Notes under the pieces: model-generated
Told to the model about the DNA's origin: nothing
Databases searched by the model: none
The model's input: the letters and a program-made list of their open reading frames with translations, nothing else
Position numbers and translations under genes: made by a program
Source: the human T2T-CHM13v2.0 reference genome, Homo sapiens
Reading direction: 5' to 3' (one strand)
Assembly: GCF_009914755.1 (NCBI RefSeq)
Contig: NC_060933.1
Length of the DNA: 64,000 nt
Part shown: positions 12,921 to 28,481 of the stretch, piece by piece
How positions within the stretch are numbered: position 1 is the stretch's first letter
Layout: each line of letters starts with the position of its first letter

Positions 12921-13792
12921 TGTGCCCAACAGCTCATTGAGAACGGGCCAGGATGACAATGGCGGCTTTGTGGAATAGAAAGGCGGGAAAGGTGGGGAAA
13001 AGATTGAGAAATCGGATGGTTGCCGTGTCTGTGTAGAAAGAAGTAGACATGGGAGACTTTTCATTTTGTTCTGCACTAAGAAAAATTCCTCTGCCTTGGG
13101 ATCCTGTTGATCTGTGACCTTACCCCCAACCCTGTGCTCTCTGAAACATGTGCTGTGTCCACTCAGGGTTAAATGGATTAAGGGCGGTGCAAGATGTGCT
13201 TTGTTAAACAGATGCTTGAAGGCAGCATGCTCGTTAAGAGTCATCACCAATCCCTAATCTCAAGTAATCAGGGACACAAACACTGCGGAAGGCCGCAGGG
13301 TCCTCTGCCTAGGAAAACCAGAGACCTTTGTTCACTTGTTTATCTGCTGACCTTCCCTCCACTATTGTCCCATGACCCTGCCAAATCCCCCTCTGTGAGA
13401 AACACCCAAGAATTATCAATAAAAAAATAAATTTAAAAAAAAAAAAAAAATTTACAATGGAAATTAACTGCTATGCTGTTGATAGGGCATCAACTTGTGA
13501 GGAGCTAAAACCTTAAATTGTTTTCTAAACTCTCCCATTGATGTTGAGCAATACACTTGCATCAATAATTTACTAAATGTATTTCTGAACACTTTTATGG
13601 CTCTCAGAACATATTTAACTTTGCCAATATTGGTTGCCAATGGAGAACATAGCTTCCTGAAATTAAAATGTATTTTAAATTACTTAAGGTTTGTAATCTG
13701 TCAAATCTAGCAACCAGTTCTAGGGAAAATGAGATATTGGAGCAAGTGAGTGTTAAAATGATTATAATTTGTGTTCATGAAAGCAAGATGCC

Positions 13793-14310
13793 TGTCTTAG
13801 CTTAGATTTCCCTGAAAAGCAGAGGCTAAAACAAAGGTTTGCGGGTGTGTGGTTTATTTGTGGGAACTGACCCCCAGTGAACTGTAAAATGTGAAAAAGA
13901 AAAAAAATCTATCCAAGCTATGCAGCTGGACACCACCCTGAACACCTGCGCTCCATCTGGTGGGACCCTGTGAGGAGCCATGTTGAATGCCTTCCAGAAC
14001 CATCTGCCATGGGGCAGAAGAAGGGTATATTTCTGCACCTGTGCCAATCCCCCTTTGACCAAAGGTTGCTGCCCTGTGAGAGGTTAACTCCCTTGTACTT
14101 CAAAGTTTGCACATTTGTCAGAATGCCGTATGTGGCCACAGCAGAAAAGCCCCAGAAGCCAAAAACAAGAGGGTTGAGGAGGGAACAGGGGCGACTGAGT
14201 GAGCTGCTCTCAGGTTAAACTTGCACACAGCTGGTTGTCTCAAAAACAGCTGGAGTAGAAAAGGTTGCCTAGAGGATGTGAGGTGGGGCATAAAAGGGGT
14301 GCTGTACAAC
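13793..14310 (-). mobile_element. Old ERVL-class LTR inside the hAT element
   Basis: Begins TGTCTTAGCTTAGATTTCCCTGAAAAGCAGAGGCTAAAACAAAGG...TTTATT, an antisense LTR 3' end; ends near TACAACA. Confidence 0.6.
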
Positions 14311-14536
14311 ATATTTAGCAATTTTAAAACAATCATATTCTAGTTCTAATTACAGTGAGTATGAGTTTAAAATTTCTATTTCATTTAACATCCTGTATTT
14401 TGGTTTAATGTACATACGGTACAGAAATTTTAAGTATACAGCTCAATGAATTTCGAGTGTTCTTTGATGTTCTACAATTTTCTTTTTGTTACATATACAA
14501 AATGACTGTTATAATAATGATTATTAAGAAATAATG

Positions 14537-14862
<326 letters not shown>

Positions 14863-15189
14863 TCATGTGGGAAAGGGGCATCTTTTTCTCATTTGCCTTC
14901 TGATGCCATGTGAACCGGCAGTTGGACCTCTGAGGACAGAGATGTGTGCCCTGAACAGGGTAAAGATGGACACTTCCTCACTCAGTACAGAAGGCTTGGG
15001 AAAGTTGTGGTCAAACTGGTTTTTTGTCATTTGAAGATTTATGAAACCTCAGCTAGGAGAACTTGCTATTTTGAATATCTCACAATATGAGGACTCCATT
15101 AAAGCAGGGGAAACTGTATACTTAGCTTTTGGAACATTGAAATTTCCTGCTATACTTCCTTCCACTTCCCTTCTTAAACTTTTTTGCCC

Positions 15190-16529
<1,340 letters not shown>

Positions 16530-16530
<1 letters not shown>

Positions 16531-17060
16531 TTCACATTCCCATTCTTAAAGACCAGTTCCCCTGAACAACTAGTGGTTTCATTGAGGAAAACAGAGCTAT
16601 TATAAGTATTATGGGAATAAAGGGTTTAACACAGGAGTTGGGGCTTATGCAAATCTGGGAGTAGTAGTGACAGTGAGGTTCTAGAAAGGGAATGTTGAAG
16701 CATTGGAGAAACCATTGGTAACCACTTCTGTCTGAAGCCAGGTGCAGCTGGCGGGGACGAGCTTGTGGGAAAGTCTGAGGAACTGCATGCATCTGGCCAC
16801 CAAAGTGCATCCATGGGGTGAGAGTTCACGGGGTGGTCGGCAAAGCTTTGGTGTCCGTTGAAGCTGCCATGCCTAGTGACGCTGCCACTGTGCCTGACTG
16901 GCATTCCCTCCCAGCAGCAGTGGCTTCCCTTTTCCTTCTTCCTTCCAAATTTTGCGTGGGTTTCTCCCATCAGTAATCCCCATCCTGGAAACACACACAG
17001 CAAACAACATACTGGGAAGCATCATTCCAGCCTGAAACAGGAGATGGTGCCAAGTTGACA
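16530..17060 (-). mobile_element. Probable old ERVL LTR
   Basis: Ends GCCAAGTTGACA; adjacent to ERVL internal sequence. Confidence 0.45.
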
Positions 17061-17146
17061 ACAAGACAATCCAGCCCAATGTCCAACAATGGGGGATTGG
17101 TTCAATAAATTACGGTAGGGCCATGTAGTAAAATCCTACACAGCCT

Positions 17147-17569
17147 GCATTCATCAGGGATCAACCAGAGAAACATAACCAGTAGGTTATATATTCATTT
17201 ATTGCTTGTTGCTTGCTTGCAAGGAATTGGCTCACATAGTTGTGGGGTCTGGTTAGGAGAGTTCAAAATCTGTAAGGCAGCCAGCAGGAAAGGCAGGCTG
17301 GGACTCTTGGGCATCATCTGAAGCTGCAGTCCACAGGTAGGATTTCTTCTTCTTCAGAGGACCTCAGGTTTGCTCTTAAGGCATTCCAATAGATTGAGTC
17401 AGGCTCACCCAGATTGTCCAGGATAATCTCCCTTACTTACAGACAACTGATTATGGACCTTAATCACATCTACAAAATGCTTTCATGGCAATATCTAAAT
17501 TAGTGTTTGACTGAATAACTAGGGGACTGTAGCCTAGCCAGTGTGACACACAAAGCTGACCAACCCACA
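17147..17569 (-). mobile_element. MLT2-family LTR inserted in an old L1M 3' fragment (~17070-17900)
   Basis: CAGAGAAACATAACCAGTAGG...GGAATTGGCTCAC...TTAGTGTTTGACTGAATAACT; CAGCC on both flanks. Confidence 0.8.
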
Positions 17570-18099
17570 GCCATAGAAAAGAATCACATAGATCGATATG
17601 TGTAATGTGATAATTGATGCTCTAGAAGAACATTAAATGATATGGAAAGGTATCCAAGAAATATTAAGTTAAAAAGGCAGGTTCTAAAACAGTACGTAGA
17701 GTATTATTTTGTTTGTGTAAAAGGATGTCTAAGTATAGAGAAAGTAGACTAAAATATCACACGAGAATATTCAGAATGGTAATTACTGAGTGCTGAAAGA
17801 ATGGGTAATGAAAACGTTCTCATTTTTGTGTATGCGTATTTCCTAAATCATTTACAATAAATACATGATACTTTATAGTGAGAAAAAGTTTAAATATTCT
17901 ATTTTAGACACATTAGGAAACCTTGCTAATTAAAGAACAGTAGGCCCCTTCGTGGTGTGGGGCGTGGGGGAGGGATTTCCTCTCTCTTCTCCACTCCCTA
18001 AGCTTCTCCTTCTCTATCTACTTGCAGACACCAAAGTTATTTGCAAGACAGAAAGCTCTCAGGTCTTACAATGGAAATCTTTCCCTCTTATTCCTTTCC

Positions 18100-19160
18100 C
18101 TAACAAGTATGCGTGGATGCTGTGGGTGAGACGTTGAAAGTAAGCATTTTAATTTAGTATACACAGTGGAGAGAACCTTTAATATAATATTAATTCACTG
18201 TGCAAACTAGCAAGGTTTAATAACCATGTGAGCCATCGGGAATCCTGGTGTGACTCAAAATGACATCTGCATTAATGGTCTAATTAATAATGCATATGTT
18301 AATAAGAATCTCATTAAAGCCAAAGTACAATTATTCACGTAGGATGCAATTCTTTAGCATCTGTGGGCCAATGTAGTGCTTTGGTGATGCCAGTTGCAAT
18401 TTCCAATGATAGATGACCTTTTAATTCTCATTAATTGATTAAAGAGGCAGTGATTAGTGTAAAAACTCAACTCGTTTGGAAGTACAAAAATCACTGGTAA
18501 GACAATGATGATTACAAATCAGGAGGAACCAGGCAGCCCATCACAGGCATCTGCGTGTGCACAGTGAGTAATAAGAGATGGTAGGCAGGTAAAACAAGGC
18601 CAGTCATCCATGTCTCCCTCACTGCACCACAAGCCTGGGGATTGGACTCTGCTGCTATCAACAGTTTAATAAGAATTATATCAACACTGATTAATTCTTA
18701 TGGAAAAATTATTTTTTAAAGGAAGCACCATAAAGTTAATTGACTAATTTGATTACTTTTCAGTTTCGTTTTCTTCTCAAGTTTTCCCATTCCCATTTTG
18801 GTCTTACTAAAATTATTTCAATCAAACTGTTTCACCATGAAGACTTGGTTTACCAGTCAGTTTGTTTTTTAAAAATTGACTTATGAGAGTGTCATTTTTT
18901 TTTTTCTTTTATGGCCATTATTTCCACCAAGCCCAAGTTTCCTGGGTCGTATCGAGCCAATCAACATAGTGTCAAGAAGATTTGAAGCTTTGGTCAATTT
19001 TTAGTCAATAAAAATTTCCACCCCGTGGACTTCTAGCCCCTGTCAACATTTTATGCTGACTACTGCCACCAGTCATTATGATCACATGTTGGGTAAATGA
19101 CTAAGAGCTTATCTTTATTTCTAAGTTAACCCATGAAAAAAATGTGAGCAAATTTATGAA
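18100..19160. promoter_or_regulatory. Candidate conserved developmental enhancer
   Basis: About 1 kb with no recognisable repeat and dense TAAT/ATTA, TGAT, TGTCA, TTTATGG and CAATAAAA motifs. Conservation not measured. Confidence 0.55.
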
Positions 19161-22100
19161 CTAGGGCAGACATTAAGAGGGAGGAAAGATGGAAGGGAAG
19201 GGGGAAAGGAGAGTGACAAAAACAGAGAAGGAGAGATACAGAGAGAGATGGAGACAGACATCAAAGGGTTGCAGCAGTTCTAGCTTACTGACTTTTCTTC
19301 AAGGTAAAAATTTCTTGGTGTCAAAAGGCAGAGTCGAAACATCTGCTTCTCTGCTCCCCTAATCCCATGGCCTCTGAGTCCCTGCTCTGAGCTAGACCTG
19401 TGCCATGGGGAACAGAACTGAGTAACGTAGGCTATCAGCTCTCAGAGAGCCTCCAATCAAGGGAGCCACATGTGGCAGCAGCTAAGCCATGGAGGCTGCT
19501 CTCCAGGATGAGGGAGCCACTCATATGTATCTCTGTGCCCCCAGCACCTGGCAAAGGGCCTGGCCACAGAACCTGCTCATAAATGAATGAACTTGTCCCT
19601 CTACTAACATGCATTTATGCAGACTTTTCTATGTCCTGGGTACTGAGGCAGGATTCAAGAGTACAGCAGTGAAGCAAGCAGTGCATGGGGAAAGCAGCAG
19701 AGGTTGAGATGAGGCATGCATGTTGAACACATAAACCAGAGCTTAAAAAAAGTAGGCAGGAACATAGTGATTAACTTTTAAGACTAAAGTCCGTGATGCT
19801 AAACTGGCTGGTTTTAGAAGGCAGACATTGCACGACACAGGTGAGCAGAGTGCCTGGTGTCGGGGTGGGGAGGGGGGTGCAATGTTCCACTTGACACTTG
19901 CAATGGTTTCTTCTTTCTCAATTCTTGGGTCTGTGTGCCCGAAGCCATTATCCTATCCTGCCTCCTGGTTTCCTCTCCTGGTAGGCAGCGGGTGCCCAGG
20001 AAGGACTCAGGAAACTTGAGTGCCAGCCCTGCCTCTGAGCACTCACCTCTCCACTGTAAGCCTCAGTTTCCTCATTTGTGAACTGGGGGTTCTAGCTTCA
20101 CTCTGTCTAATGTCCCTTCTCATGGGGTCACCAGTCTTTGCCATTGGAAAGTGCCAGCTGGGCCCTGCTCAGGGTCTGAGGCTTGGTCCAGATAATTAAG
20201 AAAGCCCCTTGGCTGGGGTCACTGTGACTAACAATCTCGGACACCCAGTGAGGGGTTTCATGTACTCCACACCCGATCCAGCTTCTCTTCTCCCTTTGGC
20301 ATTCAATTCTCCCCACTGCAGTCACCATCCTATGCCCGCTTGTCCTGCTAGGATGTTTTTCGCTAAGACTGAATCACGGCAAGGCTGGGGTCTTTCTGTT
20401 GAAGGTAAAGCCGGGTTCCTGGTATCTGCAGAATTGCCTGGGGCTGTGTCCAAAGTCTGACTTGTTCCTATCAAGTTGAGGCCCAACAGACAAGGAGGCC
20501 TAACATTTCTTAGGCATCTGCCGTGTGCCAGGCTCTGTGCTGGACTTTTTAATGTCAAAATCTCAACTGTCAAGCAGAACTGGGTTTATCATTCACATCT
20601 TACAGATGGAGAAACTGAGGCTCAGGGAGTTTTTGTGGCCTGTTCAAGGTCCTGTAGGTACTAACTATCTTAGCACTGCTTCTCGATACCACGGGAGGAA
20701 TTTCGAGCTGGTCCTGGAGTCTGCCCAGCAGCATGATCTCCCTTGGCCTGGAAACATTTTGGGGCCTGCAGGACCTCACCAAGCAATCACCTCTAGGGTT
20801 AGCAGGGGCAGCTGTGCTAATGGGCTCTGTGGGACAGCTCCTGGCTAAACATTTTCCCTTCTAGAGGCCCCATCAGAGAGAGAGACCACTGGAAGTCAGT
20901 GCCTGTAGCCTCTGGATTGGGTTAACCAGGGATACCATAAATCCCCTTGACTGCCGTGCAGCATCTTATTATCTTGGAAAGGAGAGGCCCTAGGAGGTGA
21001 TCTGGCTATGCACCTTCTGTTCAGAGAGGGGAAGCCTCCTGTCCAGAGTCATGGCAGGGCAGGGCTGGGCCTCCTGATTGCACCTGCCTGGTTCTGTCTT
21101 CTTTTCTCCATGGCTTAAAGGCAGGGCTCCAGATTTTTACAAAAGCTTTTCTACCTTTGCTCCTCCTTTTAAATCTTCCTTTTAGAGTCACTTTCTGGTC
21201 CTCCCCTTCCCCCATAAGAACTCCACAGCAATTCACACACCCTGAGGGGTGAATGCATAGCAGATTGCTAAAGCCAGGCTGTAATTATCCATCTGTCTGC
21301 TTTAGGGAAGAATTCACTTGCACCAGGATAAATGCTGATGGGTCTGACACCCCTGATAGTGCTTCCTGAGCATCCACTCCAGCCTCTTTGGGGGTCCTGC
21401 ATGGGGGAGGGTGGGTACAAAGAGATGAATCAAATGGTGCTGCTTCTAGGAGTTCCCAGTCTAGCAGGGGACAAGTGGCCAGGAACAGAGAGAGGCATGG
21501 CAAGTGTCCAAGGAGCAGAGTCGTAAAGCCCTGCAAAGATTGGGTGGGATTTGGACAGTGGGGGGCATTTCATGTGTGAAATCTGCATGAGCAGAGGTGT
21601 GGGAGTGGGAATTGTGGAGAGCGTTTTGGCTCTGTGAGAAGGTGTGGCATGGGAGATGAGGTTGGAAACATATCTGACTATATAAGCCCTAAATCCCTTC
21701 AACCTTGGCCTTGGCCGGAGATTATAAACCAGCTTCCCCAGAAGAGACTGAGACCTTCAACAAGTTTATTTGGTCCCCACAGAGTTTTTGTTTTGCTTTT
21801 ATTTTTTAATATTTTGAGTTAGTTGCCAACCTTTAAAAATCAGAAGATTTAACATGAGAAATGTATTTCCAGCTCTCTAGAAGAATCCAAAGAAATGGCA
21901 ACCCTGGGCCCGCATTTCTGTCTGGCAGACATGACGGGTGTGTATTTGGGAATGTGCATTTTCTGGGGAGAGGGTCTGTGCTCATCAGATCTTTAGAGGA
22001 GTCTATGAGTCTCCAAAAATTAGAACCATGGTTGAAGAAGGATATTTAATGTCATGAAAGATGTTCACAAAATAATAAAAAAAGTTTACAAAGGAATATT

Positions 22101-22565
22101 AACTGTATGATGACATTTTAGAAAAATATATCTATTCATAGAAAATATTGGTTATCTTTGGACAAGGTGATTAAAGGTAACTTTTATTTTTCCCTTTGCT
22201 TCTGTTTGTAAACAATATGTGCAAGAACATCATTTTAAAACTAATTTTTAAAGTAAATCTGAGCTAGGTGACAGTGTTTAAAGCCTTTCAATTTCCCAGC
22301 CACATGCAGAAAGAAATTTGAATTCTTTGGTCTCTTTCTGCTCTGGGTCAGTGAAACTTCCAGCCTTCCCTCCTACTGTATCTTTGGACACTGGGAACCC
22401 TCTGTCCCCTCTGCACACTCCTAGTGTCTGACAGTGACATGTCTCTGACTCTTCCACCCTCTCTCTTTCCTACTGAGCCCCTACTCCTTCTTCCAGGGAG
22501 TGTTACACATCACCCCCTTCATGCAGCCATACCCACTCCACACTGATAGGGCCATCCACACCTTC

Positions 22566-23119
22566 TGTCAGAGGCTTGTGAACCAGAGCAACTCCATCTT
22601 AAATAGGAGCTGGGTAAGATGAGGCTGAACACTACTGGGCTGCATTCCCAGACAGTTAAGGCATTCTGAGTCACAGGATGATATAGGAGGTCAGCACAAA
22701 ATACAGGTCATAAAGACCTTGCTGATAAAACAGTTTGCAGTAAAGGAGCCGCCCAAAACCCACCAAAACCAAAATGGTGACAAGAGTGACCTTTGGTCAT
22801 CCTCATTGTTACACTCCCATCAGCGCAATGACAGTTTACAAATGCCGTGGCAACTTCAGTAAGTCGACCTATATGGTCTAAGAAGGGGAGGCATGAATAA
22901 TCCACCCCTTGTTTAGCATATCATCAAGAAATAACCATAAAAATGGGCATCCAGCAGCCCTCAGGGGTGCTCTGTCTATGGAGTAGCCATTCTTTTATTC
23001 CTTTACTTTCTTAATAAACTTGCTTTCACTTTGCACTGCGGACTCGTCCTGAATTCTTTCTTGTAGGAGATCCAAGAACCCCCTCCTGGGGTCTGGATCC
23101 GGACCCCTGTCCTGTAACA
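22566..23119 (+). mobile_element. MER41A ERV1 solo LTR
   Basis: TGTCAGAGGC...TGTAACA, 554 bp; 4-bp TSD CTTC (22562-22565 / 23120-23123); reads GGGGAGGCATGAATAATCC, lacking the MER41B insert. Confidence 0.93.
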
Positions 23120-23282
23120 CTTCTGCTGTGGCCACCCTCTGTTGCTTGGTCCCTTCCCCACAGGGTTGCTGGTAAAGTATGTGCCTGATCCTGCCACTGG
23201 ACTCTGGGCTTCTAGGGGGCAGGAACCATGGCCTGTTCACGTGTTGTCTTGTTCACAATGCCTTGCATGCAGTATATGATCA

Positions 23283-23652
<370 letters not shown>

Positions 23653-25505
23653 TTAGTCAGAATACATGGATTCAAGTCCCTGTCATGCCTCATAGGCTTG
23701 TGCGACTGACCATGGGCAAGTCTTTAACCCATTTTTCTACTTGCTCCTCTGCAAAATGGGCACACAGGCTTGCTCTCAAGACTAAATGAAATGATGTATG
23801 TGAACGTACTTTAAAAATTATCAAGTACTATACGAATAATCGCTACTGCTGTCATTCAGTTCCACTCCTTTAAGGCAGCTTTTCCTGGATAGTATAGACT
23901 GACTTACTCAGGTTGAATTGGTAAGTTAGTGGTGGAGCTAAGACTAAAAGCCAAATCCTCTATAGGTCACCAACTGTCCTGTTAACAGCAAGTGTTAAAA
24001 GAAACTGGGAAATGTGATCGGGAGCTGGCCGTTGACTTCTCTGGGCAGGTGTCATGGTTTCCCATCAATTACTGCTGGAGGATAAGGGAGGGGATGGTTT
24101 TCACGCTGACTGATCCCCCTGCCATTGCCATGTCACAGCCACCATCTGCCCCTGCCTGACTTAGAAGAAAGTGCAAAATGCTTCGTTTAGCCTCTCTTTG
24201 CTCTTCTCTTTGAGCACTAAGTGTCCCTGCCAGATGCTGAGCTGAGGGCTGGAGCAGGGGGTGGGGGGACCCTTTTGCTTTGTGCTTACAGTGAGATGGG
24301 CAGTTACGAATCTAACCAGAAAGCAGACTGTCACTGGGCACGCTCAATCACACCAGCACATTGGCTCCACAGGGGCCGAAGCCAAAGATGCTGGGCTGTG
24401 GGAAAATGTGTTCCTAAGACTTCTGCAAGGCACCAGCATTGAGTACCATCACTCCAGCCCTTGAAGTGATGCGGTGTGAGTGAAAGGGACATAAAAAGTT
24501 GGTACATTTTGGAGCATAAATTCTGCACCAGGTCAGATACTGCATGTCCTGGAGAGTAGAAAGGGCCTTGCACAGGAAGTTGGGACTTCTCAGTTCTGAA
24601 GCTCCAGCTTTGTGGGCTTGGGTGAGCCACCCAGCCCTCCAAAGTCTCTCTTTCTGTCATCTGTATTGATATGAGGCTTCTTATTGAGCAGATATTAATA
24701 TTTACTGAGTGCTTACCATGTGCCAAGGATACTTCAGTGAACCAAACAGACACAATGCCAGCCCTCAAGCAATTCCTGTTGTTGTGGGATTATAACCATT
24801 CCAGCCCTGCCATCTTTCCAGCCGCAGCCAGCAGATAGGAAAGTGCTTTCTAAACAGAGGTTATGGCTGAGATCCACCGAGGCTTATAAATCAGTTGCTC
24901 TTTCACCATCCAGAAAACTGTTCCTCCAGCAGTTAGATAATTGAGGTTAGTGTCAGGAGGGAAGAGACCTAAATTAATGAAATTAATGAGACCTTCCTCA
25001 TGCTTCAGTTACCTTCTACACATTGAGTTGAATCGAGATGGCAAAGGCTACAAGTTTTGAGCAAGAGTTCATTGTGAAATCAATTGATCACAGACTCCCA
25101 ATGCCGTTCCTTTAACTCTCAGACACTTAATTGATGAATACCTACTGGAGATACAATGTAGACAGGGAGAGTGCCCACAGGGCTCTTATAATCCGTTTGG
25201 TGATCAGACAAGAGAAAGGGCTAGAGGGACTAGGGAGAATAGGGTGCCTCTAACCTGGGCCTGATAGGAGAGAGTCAGGGAAGGTTCCCTAAAAGATGTA
25301 AACTCAGCCTATAAGAGATGTAAACCTATAGTTTAATTAGACCAGGATGAAGGATGCAGGGAGAGGGAACCCTGGAGGAAGGGGTGCTGGAGCCACTCTT
25401 GAGTGGAAAGGCAGGAAGCACTGGATTAAGAAAGATAGGGCAGGAATTGCTGCCAGAAGGAACCATTGCACAAGGGGAGAAACATGCACAGTGGGTTCGA
25501 GAAAG

Positions 25506-25865
25506 GCCTCTTTTACTCTGTTTTATGCTGCTGTAACATAATACCACAGACTGGGTAAGTTATAATGAACGGATATTTTGGCTCATGGTTCTGGAGGCTG
25601 GGAAGTCCAAGATCAAGGGGCCACATCTGGAGAAGGCCTTTTTGCTGCGTCATCCCATGGCAGAAGGCAAAGTGAAGGTGAGAGAGATCAAGAGGGGGGT
25701 GAACCTGTCCTTTTATAAGGAGCCCACTCCCACAATAATGGCATTAATACATTTGCTTTACCTTCATGCCCTAATCCTCTCTCTTTAGTCCTCACCTCCC
25801 AACACTTGCACTGGGGATTAAGTTTCCAACATATGCTTTTGGGAGACACATTTAAACCATAACCA
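25506..25865 (-). mobile_element. MaLR LTR (MSTC/D-like)
   Basis: ATACCACAGACTGGGTAA...TTCTGGAGGCTGGGAAGTCCAAGATCAAGG...AAACCATA. Confidence 0.85.
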
Positions 25866-26697
25866 GCCCTTAGTGGTCCGATCTCTAAATTTTACAAGTG
25901 GAGAAACTGAAACCCAGAGAGGTCTTAAGCTTTCTCAAGGGTAAAATTGAGGATCCATGACTAAATGTTACCCAAGACTCCCTTGAACTCTAATAATTAA
26001 TCATAATTAACTTTTTGGTCCAGGGAGGTTGTTAATATTCCCATTTGACTGTTGAGGAAATTGAGAGAGAAAAATGATCTGGCCAAGGCCAACATAGCTA
26101 GTTAGTGGCAGAGTCAAGATTGGAATTTGCACTCCAAATACTAAAATCCTGTGTGAGTTCTACTATGTCACATTGCCTCCAACACCAATTCTAAAGACCT
26201 CTGAAGCTGTCTACACCAATGATGCTCAGACTACGTGGCACCTGAGAACACGTGGGAGGTTTTAAAACCCCGGAGCACACGCCAAACCCAGAGCAATGAT
26301 TTCAGAATCTCTGGGTCACGGCCCAGGCATCAGTATTTTATGAAACTCTCCAGGTGATCCCAATGTTCCTGTGCCTACATCACTTGGCAATCCTGCTAAA
26401 ATGTAGATTCTGGGGTGTGGCCTGGGCACTGGAATTTTTTAAAGCTCCCCTGGTGGTGTTGATGCCACTGTTCCAAGAAGCACACTTTAATTAGCAGGGA
26501 GTCTACACACTGCTGTATGTCACTTTGGCTGCCTTCTTTCCAGGTCTTCTCTTTCTCTCACTTTCACACATGTGCACCTACCTTCCTCCTGGCCTAGGCT
26601 TTTAAATGTCATGCTTCTAACCAAGAAGAGTTTTCCATCAGGAATGCAGAGCCCCACAGAAGGTCGCTACTCATGAAAACACTGAGTGCACTGCTGA

Positions 26698-27109
<412 letters not shown>

Positions 27110-28229
27110 CACAATATTTAAAGAGACAGTCCTTCTCAGGTTCTTGCAGCTGCTGACCTTGTGCCTGTACAAACCTGAGAGTGAGTGTCTCTTAAGTTTT
27201 GCTTTCCAGGCACCTTGCCTCACTCTAGTCTGAATGGACCCCGGCTCCACCTCTTCCTCCTCCGCCCAGCCTCCCCCTGAAGCCTGCCCATCCTAGAACC
27301 TTCAAGTTTATTTTTACTCTGTCCTCCATTTCCTTCCAGAAAGCAGTTGCTATTCCTACCTCCTCGGCACCTCATTCTTGGGCTCCATCCCACCTTTCTA
27401 GGCACAAGGCAGCTTCCTAAATAATGATTTTCAAAGTGCAGTTCCTGGACCAGCAGCATAGGCATCACTGGGAACTTGTTAAAAGGCAAATCCCCAGGCC
27501 TCATGCCAGACCTACTGAATCAAAACCTGGAGGTGGGGCCCCTCGGTCAGTGATTAACCAAGCCCTCCAGGTGATGCTGATGCCTGCTCAAGTTTGGGGT
27601 CCACTGTCCAGGGGGATGGAGCAGGCAGCAGCCCTGCATTGCAGGCCTGGCTCTGCCCTGACTCCTGGTGACAGAGGTCTCTGGGCCTGTCTCCCCTCCT
27701 TGAGTAAAAGGAGGAGGCGGCTGCAGGATACTCGTGAAAAGGCTCCTTCAGCCCTGACTTTCAGGCCTCCTGCCCCTGGGGATGTGCTCACCAACCTTGC
27801 TCCACTGCAGGCCAAACTGCCCCTGGCAAATGGCTCTCCCTGGGGCGACTCCTGGGCAAGGCTATGTGTAGCAGCCTCCTCTGTCTCCACGGACATCATT
27901 AGCTGAAGAGCCTTGCTGGCTGAGGAGATCGGACCTTGGAAACAGAGTCTAAACAAAAAGAGGCCTTTCTGCAGCCACTGCTGGAGAGGCACTGTGAGCT
28001 GTGGGAAAATGTGGCTCCCCTGCCTAACTCTGCCAGGGGTCAGGGCAACTGGGAAGGGGTTTGGGAAATGCACATTCCTGTGGCTGCTGGCAAAGGTAGC
28101 TCCAAGCAGGCATCACCCAGACCAGCCAGACTCACCTCCTCTCAAGTCCTGCATCCACTGGAGGGAAGGTATCCAGTGGCCTCATGCAGTTCTGCATCCC
28201 TCATTCAGCCTCACGTTCTCAGCAAGAGA

Positions 28230-28481
28230 GCCCTCCGCTTCCAAGATGGTGCCTCGAATGCTGCATCCTCTGGAGGGGGGAGCACTATGTCCTCACATGG
28301 AGGAGGAACAGAAGAGAGAGGGCTCACTCCCACAATCCTCTTTATAGCAGATTAATCCATTCATGAGGGCAGAGCCCTCACGGCCTAAGCACCTCCCATT
28401 AGGCCCCACCTCCCAATACTGTTGTGTTGGGGATTAAATTTCCAACACACGAATTTTGGGGGACACCCTTAAACCATAGCA
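28230..28481 (-). mobile_element. Partial MaLR LTR (MSTD-like)
   Basis: GCTTCCAAGATGGTGCC...ATTAATCCATTCATGAGGGCAGAGCCCTCA...AAACCATAGCA; left part missing. Confidence 0.85.

Larger units (their letters stand above)
11151..13446 (+). mobile_element. SVA_F1 (MAST2-SVA) retrotransposon, human-specific
   Basis: TSD AAAATTTACAATGGA at 11136-11150 and 13447-13461. MAST2 exon-1 segment 11151-11511, short Alu-like remnant from 11512, GC-rich VNTR ~11550-12920, SINE-R ~12921-13415, AATAAA 13418-13423, poly-A. No CCCTCT hexamer. Confidence 0.97.

Noticed and set aside
11035-13430. Long Arg/Pro/Gly-rich ORFs (up to 289 aa) on both strands
   Set aside because: They arise from the stop-poor GC-rich SVA VNTR and SINE-R and are generic to SVAs.
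27424-28355. Cluster of 140-160 aa overlapping ORFs
   Set aside because: Partly MER5A- and MST-derived, no recognisable domain, and open on both strands as expected in GC-rich DNA.
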